From NCBI GenBank assembly GCA_036172245.1, contig JAYWIR010000003.1:7316001-7380000 (forward strand): DNA of 64,000 bases, given 5' to 3'. Source of the DNA: Raillietiella orientalis (lineage: Eukaryota). The position numbers and the translations under genes are program-made. The stretch's first letter is position 1. The number at the start of each line of letters is the position of its first letter. The notes under the pieces were generated by a model. It was not told where the DNA came from and ran no database searches. It was given only the letters and a program-made list of their open reading frames with translations. Below, in pieces: positions 13,301 through 28,481 of this stretch.

Positions 13301-13927
13301 AATCATCACGACGACGGAATGGCATCGAGGACTGGATCCGTGGACCCGTGGCTATTTTCGCACATGCGAAACCATTTTTCAAGGAGGATGGGGGAAGAGG
13401 GCTGCGCAAATGGTGACGGAACGCCGCTTAGAAGGTGAGGGCAAGCGGCCCTCTGAACGCGCAGCTTCCATCCCGACTCGCTCCCGCATGGAATGGGGCG
13501 ACAAGGAGCGGCCAGCAAGTTCGGAGAGATCGAACGGGAGCCGCCGGATCGGCCTCCTCGCTTTGCGTTCGGGAGGGGCCGATGCGGAGGGAACCGAAGG
13601 AGCCAAAGAGGACACTCGCCAGGGCGAAGGTTCGAGAAAGGTGCAGCGGCACACGAGGCCCTGAAATGCTATCGATCCCGGGTGCGTCTTCCCCTGAAAT
13701 GGTTTTCCGCGCGCCCTTCCGGGTTTTCGATCTAGCGAAGTGGCGGGCATGGGGCAAACGAGGGCTAAGAATAGAGGGTGCTACTTGCATTGAAGGTGAA
13801 TTTTGGATCTACCGAGGCCACTGCTTCGGGATTCTGCTTGTCCTTGTACAACACGATTTTGAAGAGCTTCGTCTGGAAATTCCCCAGCAGAGCTGTTCCT
13901 AGGTTCTCGGGAACACGCTTCCCATCT
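7339..13927 (-). CDS. FKBP15: FKBP15 (WAFL/FKBP133)-like protein: WH1/PH-like domain, degenerate FKBP domain, coiled coil (5' end unresolved)
   Basis: Phase-consistent exons (minus): 13927-13789, 9993-9892, 9845-9684, 9608-9459, 9266-9118, 9017-8816, 8766-8718, 8150-7861, 7797-7339 (stop). LGTALLGNFQTKLFKIVLYKDKQNP resembles FKBP15 FGAAVLGNHTAREYRILLYISQQQP. WQDLHLGEGPEISEEDAVEIRYTSW, WHTGLLGMRKGGKRIL and SDVLLFEVEVTRV match the FKBP15 FKBP domain. Heptad-rich exon at 8150-7861. The C-terminal exon choices are less certain. Confidence 0.85.
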
Positions 13928-14392
13928 CTGGAAGGGATAGGTTCTTTGGGAACGGTCGGTGAATGCAAGCGGACGGCGCTTCGTAAATAGTCGTACATCG
14001 AGTACCTTTCCTCCCCCAGAGCTCTTAGCGCTCGCTCGTTTTGTTTCCTGGTTTTTCGCACGCCCGCAACCCCAGAGAATCTGCTGAGGCCTGTAGCCGT
14101 AAAGGATTCCGTCTTTGTGAACCCAATGTGGCGCGGTAGCTGAAGAGCGGCAACTGCATCGTGGCACGAGAGACGAGAGCAGGGGCTACTGACGATAAAC
14201 ATCCTCGTCCAAATAGTTAATTTTTTGAGGAGGGTCACCACGACCGCTTTCGGATGCCTGAGTACACGAACTCTTCTTTTTTTTTTTTTTTTTTTTTTTT
14301 AGCATCTTTCAGGAATTCGGGAGTTGCAGGTTTCCTACTCTGCGAGGTCGTGGTTTCCTATCGAGTCAACCACCACACGGGCATCGAATTCC

Positions 14393-15050
14393 TTAACTGC
14401 TAACCGGGAATTGGGAAATCGCGTGATGCGTTTGCTGCATCATCCCATGAGAAACCGTTCGTCTCCAGGTGACGTAACGGTAGCCAGATTTTCGCGGAGT
14501 TGCACTTTCCGTTGCTCCTTGCTTGCTCGCATCCTCCCAATCCGGGAACACGTGGAAGGTCCGAGAAACACAGATCTTTGTGATTTCCATTTGCGTATTG
14601 CTTTGGGCTCGTTCCTCCAGTTGGTTTGCGTAGGACTTTACTTTGCTCAAATTGACCAAAAAATGCTCCTACTTGTGGGCGGCAATGTTTACTGCGGCCA
14701 AGTCAACGCCGCTGAATCCGAAATTTGGGGTTCTGTCCTCGCCTGTGCCACACGTTTAGGATCGCAATGGCAGAATGCTCTCAATTAGCAGTTGTGGATG
14801 CAATCTTTCTGACTTATTTTCAAGCGAGGGAATGGTGACGGAAGGGACATGCGAAATTCCTTGATGGAGCTTCTCCTTGTGAAACACCCTCACGAAAAGA
14901 GCATTCTTCCAGGAAAGAAACCGCCATCAGAAAGCGGATATGTCCCTGGTCGTCAATAAGTGAAGACAACACCAGGTTTTTCCCTGCACCCATCAGCACT
15001 GTGCTTTCGCAGTTCAAATTAAATTAACGAAATTATTGGGGAATAATAAA
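14393..15050 (-). mobile_element. Possible degenerate DNA-transposon-derived fragment
   Basis: Broken frames with QLEER...TKICVSRTFHVFP and YPLSDG, loosely like the (I/V)xGTRxxHxF and FSDG motifs of invertebrate transposon-associated ORFs; many stops. Confidence 0.25.
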
Positions 15051-15846
15051 ATAAAGGGATAGCAAGAGACTTTCTCCTGGAACGACGCTATCACTGCAAA
15101 CGGAAGTCCAGCACTAGATCGATGGATTGCTCTTAGTGCAGCGACGGAACTCATCTAAAATTGATCTTTGGAATTTTCGTCCTCGAGATTTATCGCACAG
15201 CCCATTTAAAACTCGCGGTGTTACTTCCGGCTGATCGGCGCCATGTTGAGCCCTGGTTCGGCTGGAGAACGTGAAACGTCCAGGATAACTTTAGATATCT
15301 CCTAAACTGCGGCGTCGGCTTCTGTGGAAAAATGAGCCAGCAAAGCAACCCATGGGATGCCGTCCACTTGGCTTCCCCTAATGCCATTCCTTTCGCAACA
15401 AGAAATCTTGCCTATCCACCAACACCTCAGCGATGCGTGCCTTTGTCACGCCCCGTTCCAGGCAGTTTGCTCGAACTTGGTCCTCCTTGAGCGAACACAA
15501 AAACGCCTTTGGTCTGCCGGCTGTCGCGCATTTCCTCCCCTCGCTGGGCTGCTACGTCTTCACCACGATTCTGCTCCCCACTGGAATCCTATCGCCTTCC
15601 AGTTCCAGTATGCTCGTTTTGCTTTATGGGAAAGCAACGGATTGCGCGGGGAGTTTTCTTCAGCTATCACGGAATCGAATATTCAGTTTTGGCCTCTCCC
15701 TTGTTTTTTCTTGGCTTTCTCAAGTACTCGGGGACCGTTCGCCTGGGGGCTCACGGAGCTCTTCAGCGCTGTCCACGCCACCCGGTTTTGATTCTCCAGG
15801 TTCGAAGGCACCCGGGAGGGGATCACCTCATGAATCCAGGAAGGGC

Positions 15847-16194
15847 TCCGGAGGGAAGGGGTCCGTTCCTCCTACGCTAGGTAGCTGAACCCCAAAGGCA
15901 ACCGCTTCCTTATTCTCTTCGGAGGGACCCTCCGGAGGGAGCCACTCCATCATTTCTTCTCCGGAGGGCACCCACCAGCAAGGGAACCGCTCCTTGCTAC
16001 TCCTCCGAAGAGAAACTCTAAGGGGCACGTCCCAATTTTCTCCGGAGGGCCTCTCCCCGAAGGGAGCAGCGCACACTTCTTCAGACTCTGGAGACGTATC
16101 CATCCACCAGCTTCGTGGTACGAGATGGAGGGTCCCTCTCCGAGGAGAGCAAAGGCTCCATTTGCACAACCGGAAAGCAACCCCAAAGGGAACC
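15847..16194. repeat. Degenerate short repeat cluster
   Basis: TCCGGAGGG at 15847, 15931, 15960 and 16041; AACCCCAAAGG(C/G)AACC at 15888 and 16179. Confidence 0.4.
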
Positions 16195-16789
16195 AACTCC
16201 TCGATTCCTGGAAGAATCCCGGAGTCTCAACTTCGAAAACCGGCCACTCAACGGGGGCATCCGATTTCCGACTTCCGCCAGTGTCTCCGACCCGTTTGGG
16301 GACGCTTTGTCGCGACCCTTGGAGCCACCGGCGGCAAGGCAAGAGACGCTGCAAAGCGCCTCTTCTTGCGCGACGCCCTCACGCCGGCCGCATCCCCAGC
16401 AGCGCTTTGCTGCCCACGGGGTGGGACCGTGGCCGCATGGAGCAGCAACGCCAGAGGAGGCCAGGACGACAGCGACGCCATCTGTTTTGCTGTCCTCTTC
16501 ATGAGGACAGCCTCAAGATGGCCCCATCTGGTAGTCTTGAAACAGGAAATTGCCGACATCCATACAAGGATGCAGAGGACACCCTCCAGCACACAGTAAT
16601 CCCTTTCCAATCTCCCCCACCCTCCATTTTTTTTGACTGTATGTTTTTTTTTTTTCTTTTTCTTTGTCTCTCCTTCCCCTGTGCTGTCGAGGCGAACCCC
16701 GCTGGCCTGCGTGCCAATTCCCGGCAGGTTCCTCCTCGTAGTTATAGGTGACGCGGGGCAGGATCGAACGTCCTACCACATACATCGAT

Positions 16790-17005
16790 GTTTATTTTTT
16801 TTATAAATAAACGCCCTGGCGTGACCGGGTGTCGACCAGTGCCGCACCCAAAGTCTTTTAAGGACAACCGACGACATCCTGCTGAGGGAACTCGAAACCC
16901 ACGACGAACTCGTTTCTCCGCCGTCGATCCTTCCCCGGGTGGGATTCGAACCCGCGACGATCGGTACCACGCGCGGAGGCTGCATCCACGCGGCCTCCAA
17001 CGAGA
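16790..17005 (-). mobile_element. tRNA-derived SINE-like element
   Basis: Minus strand has a Pol III B-box GGTTCGAATCC (within plus 16941-16953) inside a T-arm-like stem, an A-box-like GGCCGCGTGG upstream, a non-tRNA body and an A/T-rich tail (TTATTTATAAAAAAAATAAA). No convincing full cloverleaf. Confidence 0.55.
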
Positions 17006-20000
17006 GTATCTCTCTGAGCGTGTTGGAATTTCGCACGGCGCGCGCGAGCGAGCAAAAAAATAATAAAACGGAATAAACAAATGAAAAAAATGTTTAAAAA
17101 CAAAACGCCTTCCCCCAAAATGCAGATCCGCGCAGCACTGACGCGCGTTACTCATTTCACGAAGAGTCCGTTGCCGATTTCCGGAGCGCGCGCGTTGTCC
17201 ACTACTGCTTGTGCGACGTCCGGTGGTCTTCGGAGCCGCAGGAACACAGAGCTTCCGCTGACGCAGCCCTCGTTGGGTCAAGGGCGTTTCGAGTTCAGCA
17301 AGGAGGTTCTCACGGTCGACTACCTGAGGCGCACAGAGCGCGGGGGACATGGGAAAAAATTCCCTCCAAAAAAGCGGGAAGGGAGAGGCGTTGCAGTAAA
17401 CGCAGCTCCGCCCGGTACTTGGCGTGCCACTGGAGGCAAACCAAGAGACAAAGTTTCCTTTCCCGACCGGGTAGCACCGGGAATCAGGGGATCCACAGGC
17501 AAACTCCAAGCATCCATTTTTGCGAAATTCGGAGAAAGATTCCAAGATGGCACAAGATCGGTTTTGCCCATCGGCACTCCACACGCTCAGTGTTGCCAGA
17601 TTTACTCGTCCACTTTGCAGGTTCTTCCCGATTTCAACTCGACTTCCAATGCTTTAAAGGAGTTTCGCGAAAATACCATCCGAAAACTATGCTGTGGATC
17701 GAGAAAGGTCAGACGTCGCGTCATGTGTTCAAATCATCGAACTTGTCCGTGTACGTTCTCGAAAACTCGGAAAGAAAATAGATTGCCAGCATTCATTTCT
17801 TCCACAGAAATTTCAAATCGCAGGCCGTGCTTCTCAGAATGTAAGGTATTGCAGGAACGGAATATCGTAGGTTGGTCAAAAAAAGCTAAAGAGGGACAGA
17901 GAGAGAGAGGCGCAATAGAAAATAGTGATTATGCAGTGTGTTTCTATCCCAAGAATATGCTTCTGTACTTTTTCTTTGGATTCCAAAATACTGACAGTTT
18001 TTCCGTTCATCCTAATTACCGTAACTGATGCAAATTTCGCACTACGGTAGATGATGCTTCCTATCACATACGTTTCCACTTTTTTTTTTTTTTTTAAAAA
18101 AAATTGTCTTCTAAACTAAAATGTTGCATGGTAGCACTGAAAAATGCTTTGCTTATGCAGTATTTATAAAATTGACTGTGGCAGATGCTAGAGACACATG
18201 AACAGAAAAGAGGTTGCCGCAAGATTACCAAAGATTGTTAGTAAAAAATAACTAAATAAAAAAAAAATGCTCTGCAAACGTTCCAAGGATGCTGACCGAT
18301 AGGTACACAAAAGATTTCATTCATCTGGAAGCTGAGGATGCTTTGGATAACAAACGTGCACACTTTCCTTTAGCAGCCCTTTTTCTGAGCATTCGTAATC
18401 CTTTTTTGATTGCCGGCTCTTCGGTCATCAAAGAGCACCGTGAATCAGTGGCGATGGCGCAGCAACGTCCCCGCCCGAGGCCTTCATTGGGTTTGAATCT
18501 TTCGCAAGCATTTCCGGCAAACGATGAGGGTCCCCCCCCCTCCCCCACAGCTCGCGCGTAGAATATCTTTGCAGTGAACGTTCATCCAAGCCAACATTCA
18601 GAATCTTCGCTCGAGCACCTCGTGGGCTGCAAAGATGCAGTTCCATCCGCATGCGCAGGCTGTAGGCCTCAAGTTTCGGATGCTGCCTTTCGGGAGATTC
18701 AGGTGCCCACGCTAAACCAACATGTGTCGGCTCTGGACTCTGCTGACCGTTCATGATTTGCAGGCAGAACATGTGGGATTGGGGGTTTGAGGCCAAGAGA
18801 GATTACGGACGCAGAAAATTCCCAGAAGGAAGACACTGTTAAAGAGATGATAAACAAGAACATGATGACGACGGTGAATGGGGGCATGAGGTCTCCACAT
18901 GATATAGAGCCGTCATGGGTGGGGAGGAAAGGATGAGAATACCTTTCATCTCAACACCCGATATTTTCGCACCACGGGTTGTCACAGGCCAGGAAGACGA
19001 CATGAATCTCAATTCGCAGATTACCTGTACATGTAAAGTGGAGCCAAGGAAGCCCTAGCACAATAAATTCTGCCTATCTATTTGGCAAGGACATTGTCAA
19101 GGACACTGCCAGTGGATCCTTGCCTGTGACTTTCTCTTGCGCGCCGCAGCTGCATCCGGAGCAACGCAGAGAGTGAAATGAAAGCGCGAATCGAAATTTT
19201 CGGGTTGCCACGGCGACTCCCGAAACCCGCGGACGCAGTTCGGCAGGCATCCCGCGTTCCCAGGCAGCTGATTAGAAAGCAACCCATTACTTACTCCTTG
19301 TAAGCGGAGACGGTGATGGCTAGCAGGAGCTCTAAATTGATTGCCTTCACGTCCTGGGATTCAGTGGGAAGCGAGGCATTTCCCGGAAATTTTTTCATGG
19401 TCCGCGCGAAGTGCACTCCGATGTCCTCCGGGCACGTGAATCAGAGGCCGGGCGTCGGCGCTTCCACGGTGCCATCAAACAATGTCGGCGCCATTGTCTC
19501 GCTCGGCATTGTTATCCTCCTGAAGGCATTGGAACATTTGCAGGGGAGCCAAAGTGCGCTGAGGACCCCGCGAGGAGGAAAATTCCGCTGCAGGTCAGCG
19601 GGTTCGTCCTTGGACGCGTGATCCATCGCCGCACAGAGAGGAGGCAATCAGCATTAGGAGCATCTGCTCGCTGAGGACGTCTGGGAGTGAGGTTTGATCC
19701 ATTTGGCCGCTCTCTCTTGCGGGGGGAGGACGTGCTCTTGGTGTCTCTTGGCAGGAGTCCTGCAGACAGTTGACGCCGAAACGCACCATAATTCGTCTTG
19801 GAGGCCTGATTTCTACAGTTTAATTTCTCTGAAAGCCTCTCAATTCGTGTAAAACATGCCCAAGTCAGATCTGCTTTAGCAGCACGACAAGGACTGCTTA
19901 CGTTTCCGCGTACCTTGCCTTCTTCCGTCTGAGTCCACATTGTGCAAAAGCTGCAACAACTTCTACTCGTTTGTTCATTTTGTGATCTGAGTGTGTCCTT

Positions 20001-20494
20001 AAAAAAATGGCGGCCGAATGGGGACCGCTTCTTCCATTTTACCCAAGCTGGTTCTCGAAGCCTTCGTCCTCGAATCAGCGAAGCAAAAGCATCGATGTAA
20101 CCATGCTAACTGAATACTTGTAGCAGTTATCCTGTATCTACTGACGGGAACACCATTGACGACCGTGATGTCGGAAGTTCACTGAAGGAACCCAAAGGCA
20201 AGAGCATAGGAATAAAAAAAAAAAACAACAACAGCACGCTGAATAAAAATACAAGGGGGTAGGCTTTTCTCCGAGCTACGTTTTCACACGGGCAGAGCAC
20301 TTTCTAGTGCAAGGAAAGCAGTTGGACGACCCCTGACTGCAGCCTGCGTCGAATTTCTAGACTCATAGAAATGCATGCCTCGACACTGTGTGCAAGCAGC
20401 TTCTGCACCTTTTGGAAAAAGACTCACGAAGGAGAAAACATCTGCAATCCTCTCCCCTCCTTCAAGCCAAGCAGAACAGAAACACCGTCTGTGG

Positions 20495-21522
20495 CTAAAA
20501 GGAACCAACGCCCCCGCCACTAGTAGGCCGAAGATACGCTTTGTCTGTTCCAGCAGGCGGCGCACTCTCTAAGAAAAACACTTCGATAGGGCGTGGAGGA
20601 AGTCCACTTTTTTCTCCAGAGCCTATCTGTCTCCTTTGTGGAGACGCCAGTGGCCCTTCATTCGGTTCTTTCTGCTCTTCCCCAGCCTCAACAGAGAGCA
20701 ACGTAAGTCTCAGTTTCTACGACAACGGCTCGTGTTGCAAGAACAGGATTCAGAGATCACTCCTTGTTCTAACTTCTGCACATTACCATTCCCTTGAGCC
20801 AAGCCCAAAAATCCAACCCGATTTGGGGCGCCAAAAAAAAAAAAAAAAAATCTTTCTTATCCCAATCTCTTGAGGAGGGAGGTAGTGCGAAGATCAGAGC
20901 AAAGTGCCCGTCGATCCAACGGAGAGCGAATAAACCGCGGAACTCTTAAGTTGGAAGAACGCTTTCCAATAAGTCTCCCCTGAGGGGATCGCGTTCAAAA
21001 CGAGTCTTTGACTTTCTGAATCCGGGATCCATATATCTGGAAGTGAACCAGAGGTTCAGTGGTATGATCCGTTCCTTCTGTCTCTCATTAGTCGCATGCT
21101 GCTCACAGATTCCTGAAGTTCCCTCATGAAGACGGGAAAACTCCTGAGGTGGCCATCTGGTTCCAAACCCTCCATCGAGTATCTAGAAAGAAAAGAGCTT
21201 GTTTGTGCCCAGTACCTACTATCCAGTTCTCCGAGAAATCCTGCTTGCTGCTGCTTGTCCCCAACTCTTCCTTCTAAAGGCAGCCACAGTGCCCTGCTCC
21301 TGCCCCTCTCAGATAGCTGTCTGCTCCAGCTCATGGAAGAAATTTCCCGTGAATTTAGTTGAATCAAGCATTCAAATAAACTCACTATCGAGCGTATTCA
21401 TCCTCACAGGTGCGAACCATGGAGTTGAAGTGCCCAGTTGGTGAGGACTGCTTCTGTGCTTCTTGGGGTGCCTGAATCGGCCAAGGTTGGGCAAGCCATT
21501 CTTGGAAACAGGGAGTTAACAT
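20495..21522 (-). CDS. Candidate spliced ORF of unknown function (about 193 aa), divergent from CDKL
   Basis: Phase-consistent chain 21522-21386, 21329-21107, 20716-20495 with GTGAG donors. There is an upstream 40-nt GT-AG intron-like segment (21591-21552, putative 5' UTR). One acceptor is a weak GAG. No recognisable domain. Confidence 0.35.
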
Positions 21523-22444
21523 AGTGATTTCTTGATCATTCTCCAGCTCTTCTGTAGAGACATAGAGGCAACAGTTTGCAACATTCCTCACCTTGAAATC
21601 AGCCAAATATGAAATCCGACACATTCAACACATCAGGGATGCCCACTTCGACACAAGGTGTGCATGGGCTGTCACAGAGAGTCACAGTCTATCTTAATTC
21701 CAAAATGTTCCTCTTAGTTCACTAATCTGAGAATCTGTGAACAGAGATCCCTGAAAGTCAAATTCAAAACGCGTGATGTGCGTCTCAAATGTCATCTCCA
21801 TGATTGATTATAAAAGATATCCGCAAAACGAGCGTTCCAACATTATCTAATATCAATGTATGAAAACCAAAATATTCTGTTGAAAGTAAAAATCTTCGAT
21901 ATTTTATGACATTTTCCCACCGGGCAACTCCAGCGTGCATCTTCACGTGAAGCACGGGAATGATAATGGATGAAAGGAACAAAACACATGGAAAAATAGA
22001 CTGCCCTGGTTTGATGAATATTGGAGGTAAGTTAATAAGGGCAAAGGACCACATGAATTCGTTTAATGAAAATACAGACTCTATTTCCGTCGTACAATGT
22101 ACACTTAGTCGAATACGAATAAACAACTTTTGCCCATGCTATGAGTCGAATTCCTGAGGGCTCGAAGGCAGTTTGTAACTGAGAATCTCCAAATGATCCG
22201 ATGGTCGACATGTATGAGCAGAAATTATTGCACAGCATCAACTGGAAAGTCTTCCTTTTTCACAATTCCAGGTATTTCACAGTACTTCTGTAGGAGCTCC
22301 GTGATGTGACCGGGAAAATATTTCATTTATTTCGTGATACTGTTGGCACTGGTGGTCAGATGCAGATGTGTTGAAAATATGAGAGCAATGAGCGTACGGT
22401 TCTGATTTGAGTTTCATTTTCAATAATTTCATCCCGTTTAATTT

Positions 22445-24906
<2,462 letters not shown>

Positions 24907-25488
24907 CGTCGTCCATGGGCGCCATTACCACTGTAGCCCTTAGGGCTGCAAGGCGGCCGTTGCCTTTCACCTCTTTTCGGCGAGATGCTAATTTACGTAC
25001 CTGCAAATTGTTGTGCTCTAAAGAAAAACTTATTTTCTCTATAAATTATGACCCTTTCGATCCACTTTATTTCTTGGACTTTCCAGCGTGACACTTTATT
25101 TGAAAGGTACTGAAAGTTAACTGCCTGTGATAGTTGAGAAGGAAGAACAGGGGATCGGAGTATGGAAAGGAGGCGGGAGGAAAGATTTTGTATCCACTCC
25201 GCTATCGGCCTCAGGAGAGGATGGAATTTGGCTTTCTCATCGGTGGTCGTCGACTTTCAGTGTTTTTTCGAGCGTTCCAGCAGGATCTTCTTGTGCGGGG
25301 GTGCGCTTCAAAGGAAGAGAACAGCGGATGCTGCGGATCGACGAAAATGACACATGATGTAACGATGGTCGAGAAGCGGGTCCGGTCTCTTCGGGCCCTT
25401 GGCATGGCTTTCCAAATCAGTGCTTACCAATTGTATGCCAAACTCGTGCATCCGCAAAGACTAGTGCGAGGCACCTGATTGACCCTTG

Positions 25489-26770
25489 TGCACGAAGGAA
25501 AGCAGCTCTGTCTGCACGATACCTACGGGCACCGTCGTGGACGCCTCCTCTTTGGGGGAAACGTCTGCGCGAGTTCCATGACAAAGGGTCTATCCACAGA
25601 AAGACCTGCAGGCGAGTAAGCAAGGACACAGGGAGTTTCGCATGCGCATGGAGGAACGCCAAACAGCACTCAGTGCCCCTTCACGCGAAACATCGGGGAA
25701 CTCCTTTCCAACCTTTCAATCGACTCTTCTTTGGTCTCCGGCAAGAGGAGAACGGAAAGCCAATCCCTCAACCCTTCCCTGTCCTTCTTCCGAGTGCAGT
25801 GACCCAGCAGCTCGAGAGCGAACTCGTTGCTCCTGAGTGAACCCAAAGGGTCCATAGAGGTTTTGAGGGCATCAACATCGTCTGTAAGAAAATTCCATAG
25901 GAAGGCAACTGCGTCCTTTGCCATCGATCCGCTGCGTGAATGCTCAAAGGCTGCTGTTTGTGGCATGGATGGCAGGTGGCTTGGTGAACCTAACGAGCGG
26001 AGTGCGAGTTTCCTCTAGATGCTCGAAGATACTAGACGACCTCTAGATACTAAAGAAGAACCATTCCGTTTGCTGCTACCTTTGTTCGGGATGGTCGAGG
26101 TGAGGGTGCACGAGCACCAGAAGCATTCGTTTCTTGGAGCTCTGCACACGACAGTCTCTCGTGAGCCTACCATGGAGCGCGGATGACTCTCCCCTGCAGT
26201 CTCTTTGCTGAAGGAGAGTCGCAGGCTGCTTTCTTCGCTGTGAGCCGCTCCCACCAACGGCGACTCTGCTGCCTTTGCTTCCTTGGCAAGGGGGCCGGGC
26301 GTGGCAAAAGCTCCGGGCATTGGGGCGCATACTGTTCACGGAGACGGTGATTTGCTTTCCAGCCGTTGCACTGTTTGCTTCGCGAACCCCTGGCGCTACC
26401 TCCATGGACCCTTTGGGTTCACTCAGGAGCAACGAGTTCGCTCTCGAGCTGCTGGGTCACTGCACTCGGAAGAAGGACAGGGAAGGGTTGAGGGATTGGC
26501 TTTCCGTTCTCCTCTTGCCGGAGACCAAAGAAGAGTCGATTGAAAGGTTGGAAAGGAGTTCCCCGATGTTTCGCGTGAAGGGGCACTGAGTGCTGTTTGG
26601 CGTTCCTCCATGCGCATGCGAAACTCCCTGTGTCCTTGCTTACTCGCCTGCAGGTCTTTCTGTGGATAGACCCTTTGTCATGGAACTCGCGCAGACGTTT
26701 CCCCCAAAGAGGCGGCGTCCACGACGGTGCCCCTAGGTATCGTGCAGACAGAGCTGCTTTCCTTCGTGCA
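25489..26770. repeat. Inverted repeat, 373-bp arms (25489-25861 and 26398-26770) with 536-bp spacer
   Basis: Arms are reverse complements with only about 3 mismatches seen by eye. ORFs 25642..25836(+) and 26423..26617(-) translate identically. Confidence 0.95.
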
Positions 26771-28436
26771 GTCTTCATCGCCTTGCCGTGCCTCAGAAGC
26801 CGCCCATCGCTCTTTTCTTCGCACACCTCGTCTTTCTTTCGCTCTTTCCCTTATCGAATCTCTCGTCTCCTCCACTCTTCGCGGCTCTTCTGCACCAGGA
26901 TTGCGCGTGGGCGTTCTAGAGCAGCTCTTGTTAAGCATGCAGCATGAGCGAAGGGCGTGAGTGCGCCGAGTTACGCGGGCGGAGGCGGCGTTCCTTCTCC
27001 TCCTTCGCCCCCAGAGACTCGCACGGATGGTCGAAAAGAAACGCATCTCCTTATCTTCTTGCCCATTATCGTAACATTCGATAAACGCGGAGGAGGCGAC
27101 GATAAACGCCTTTCCGGAAAAGGTAGCATAGGAGTCGACGCAGTCCCCCGGAGAGGAGGATGGTCCGTTTCCCTTAGTGACTCCAGTTGGCGCTCCACGA
27201 AGATGAAGCAGTTGCGAGTCTTCAAGATCAAGTACGTAGGCTTTGCTTTTGTCGGGAGTGGCCGTGCTCCGCGCAAGGAGCCGCTCGCTGTGCCGTCGCA
27301 GCTGCTGCTGCTGCTGCTGCGCAGTGCGGGAAGGGAGGGGGAGGTATTAATGCGAAGTTCCCGGTCCTCCTTCGGGAGCTCTTCACGGAGCGCTGATGAG
27401 TGGAGGGGGAAGCGGGCGGTTACCCCAACATTCCCTCCAGCGGGGATGCGGCAGCTCTTGCTGGCTCAGAAGGAAAGGCGGAGCAAGGGAGAGGCGGAAA
27501 CAAAGAGGCTGCTGGATGGCGAGTCTTCTCCGGAAATTGCGTCACATTCTGGCTCACTGCCTCGGCCATCCGAAGAGGCAGTCGGACCACCAGGTGTGCT
27601 CGCACCACTAGGAGACTCCAGGGGTGCGCTTATTCGGAGGCCGCAGCTAGCCTCTCGTGGCGATCCGGGCGCGTGCTCCCACTTTGGTCGCGCGTCGCCT
27701 TGCAGGACAAGGACTGCCTCGGGTCAGAGCTCCTCTCGGGGAGCCTAGCCGAGGTAGCCCTCGCGCGAGCGCGTGGTGTGTTCGCGGGCCGGAAGAAGGG
27801 AGATCTGCGAGCTGGTGATCCCGGGCAGCTTCTGAGCCAAGTCCAAAGAGCAGGACCATCGCCGGCAGTCAGTGGGATGCCACTGAGACCTGGTCATGCC
27901 GAAGGGAGTGAAGGTAGGAGGGTCAACGGTTCCTTCGAGGGTTACTTTTTCCATCAAATCTCATCTTCCCGCACTCGGTTGCTCAGAAACGCTTCGTTCG
28001 CTCTCCCGGGGGCACTGCAACTCTCTGTTTAGGGGAAAGTAGGCAAGCGAGAAGGCGAGATGAGAGGACAGACGATCAGTGCCAGAGAAGAGACTTCGGG
28101 AATTACGAGGCATGCCGAGTAAGGGAGAGTCCCTGACCGTTCCAAGTGTAGGCCGCTGCTGCTGGGTGGCCCAATACTGTTTTCCCTCGTGACCTGCCTC
28201 TCGGTTCCGCGGTGCCTGCTCCGTGCGCCTCTCCCTTGGAAGAGGGAAGGGACGAAATCTTTCCTGCGACGCCTCCTTGTTGACCGCACCTTCGTCGACC
28301 AGCCAAGGGTTGCCGTGGAAAATGGGACCCGTGGATTCGCCACAAGGGAGACAGGGAGAGAGACGAGGCGCGCTGCGGTGGAGAAGCCCCGCTCACCGAG
28401 GGGGAGAAGCATCCTAGCAACGAGGGCATCGAGAAG

Positions 28437-28481
28437 CCGGGAAGGAGCGCCATCTCCTTAGGAGATGGCGCTCCTTCCCGG
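28437..28481. repeat. Perfect palindrome, 22-bp arms with 1-nt centre
   Basis: CCGGGAAGGAGCGCCATCTCCT-T-AGGAGATGGCGCTCCTTCCCGG. Confidence 0.97.

Noticed and set aside
10300..13700. Possible transposon relics inside the long FKBP15-like intron
   Set aside because: Looks like decayed coding DNA but no motif was clear enough to assign a family.
13928..14241. Candidate adjacent upstream exon(s) for the FKBP15-like gene
   Set aside because: Several donor/frame combinations are possible but none has both canonical splice sites and clear homology; left unresolved.
16925..17005. Possible tRNA gene
   Set aside because: Has a T-arm/B-box but no convincing acceptor, D and anticodon stems; better explained as a SINE head.
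18454..18561. MAQQRPRPRPSLGLNL, resembling a MAP2K (MKK7-like) docking-site N-terminus
   Set aside because: No downstream MAP2K kinase exons or phase-consistent exon chain found; may be chance.
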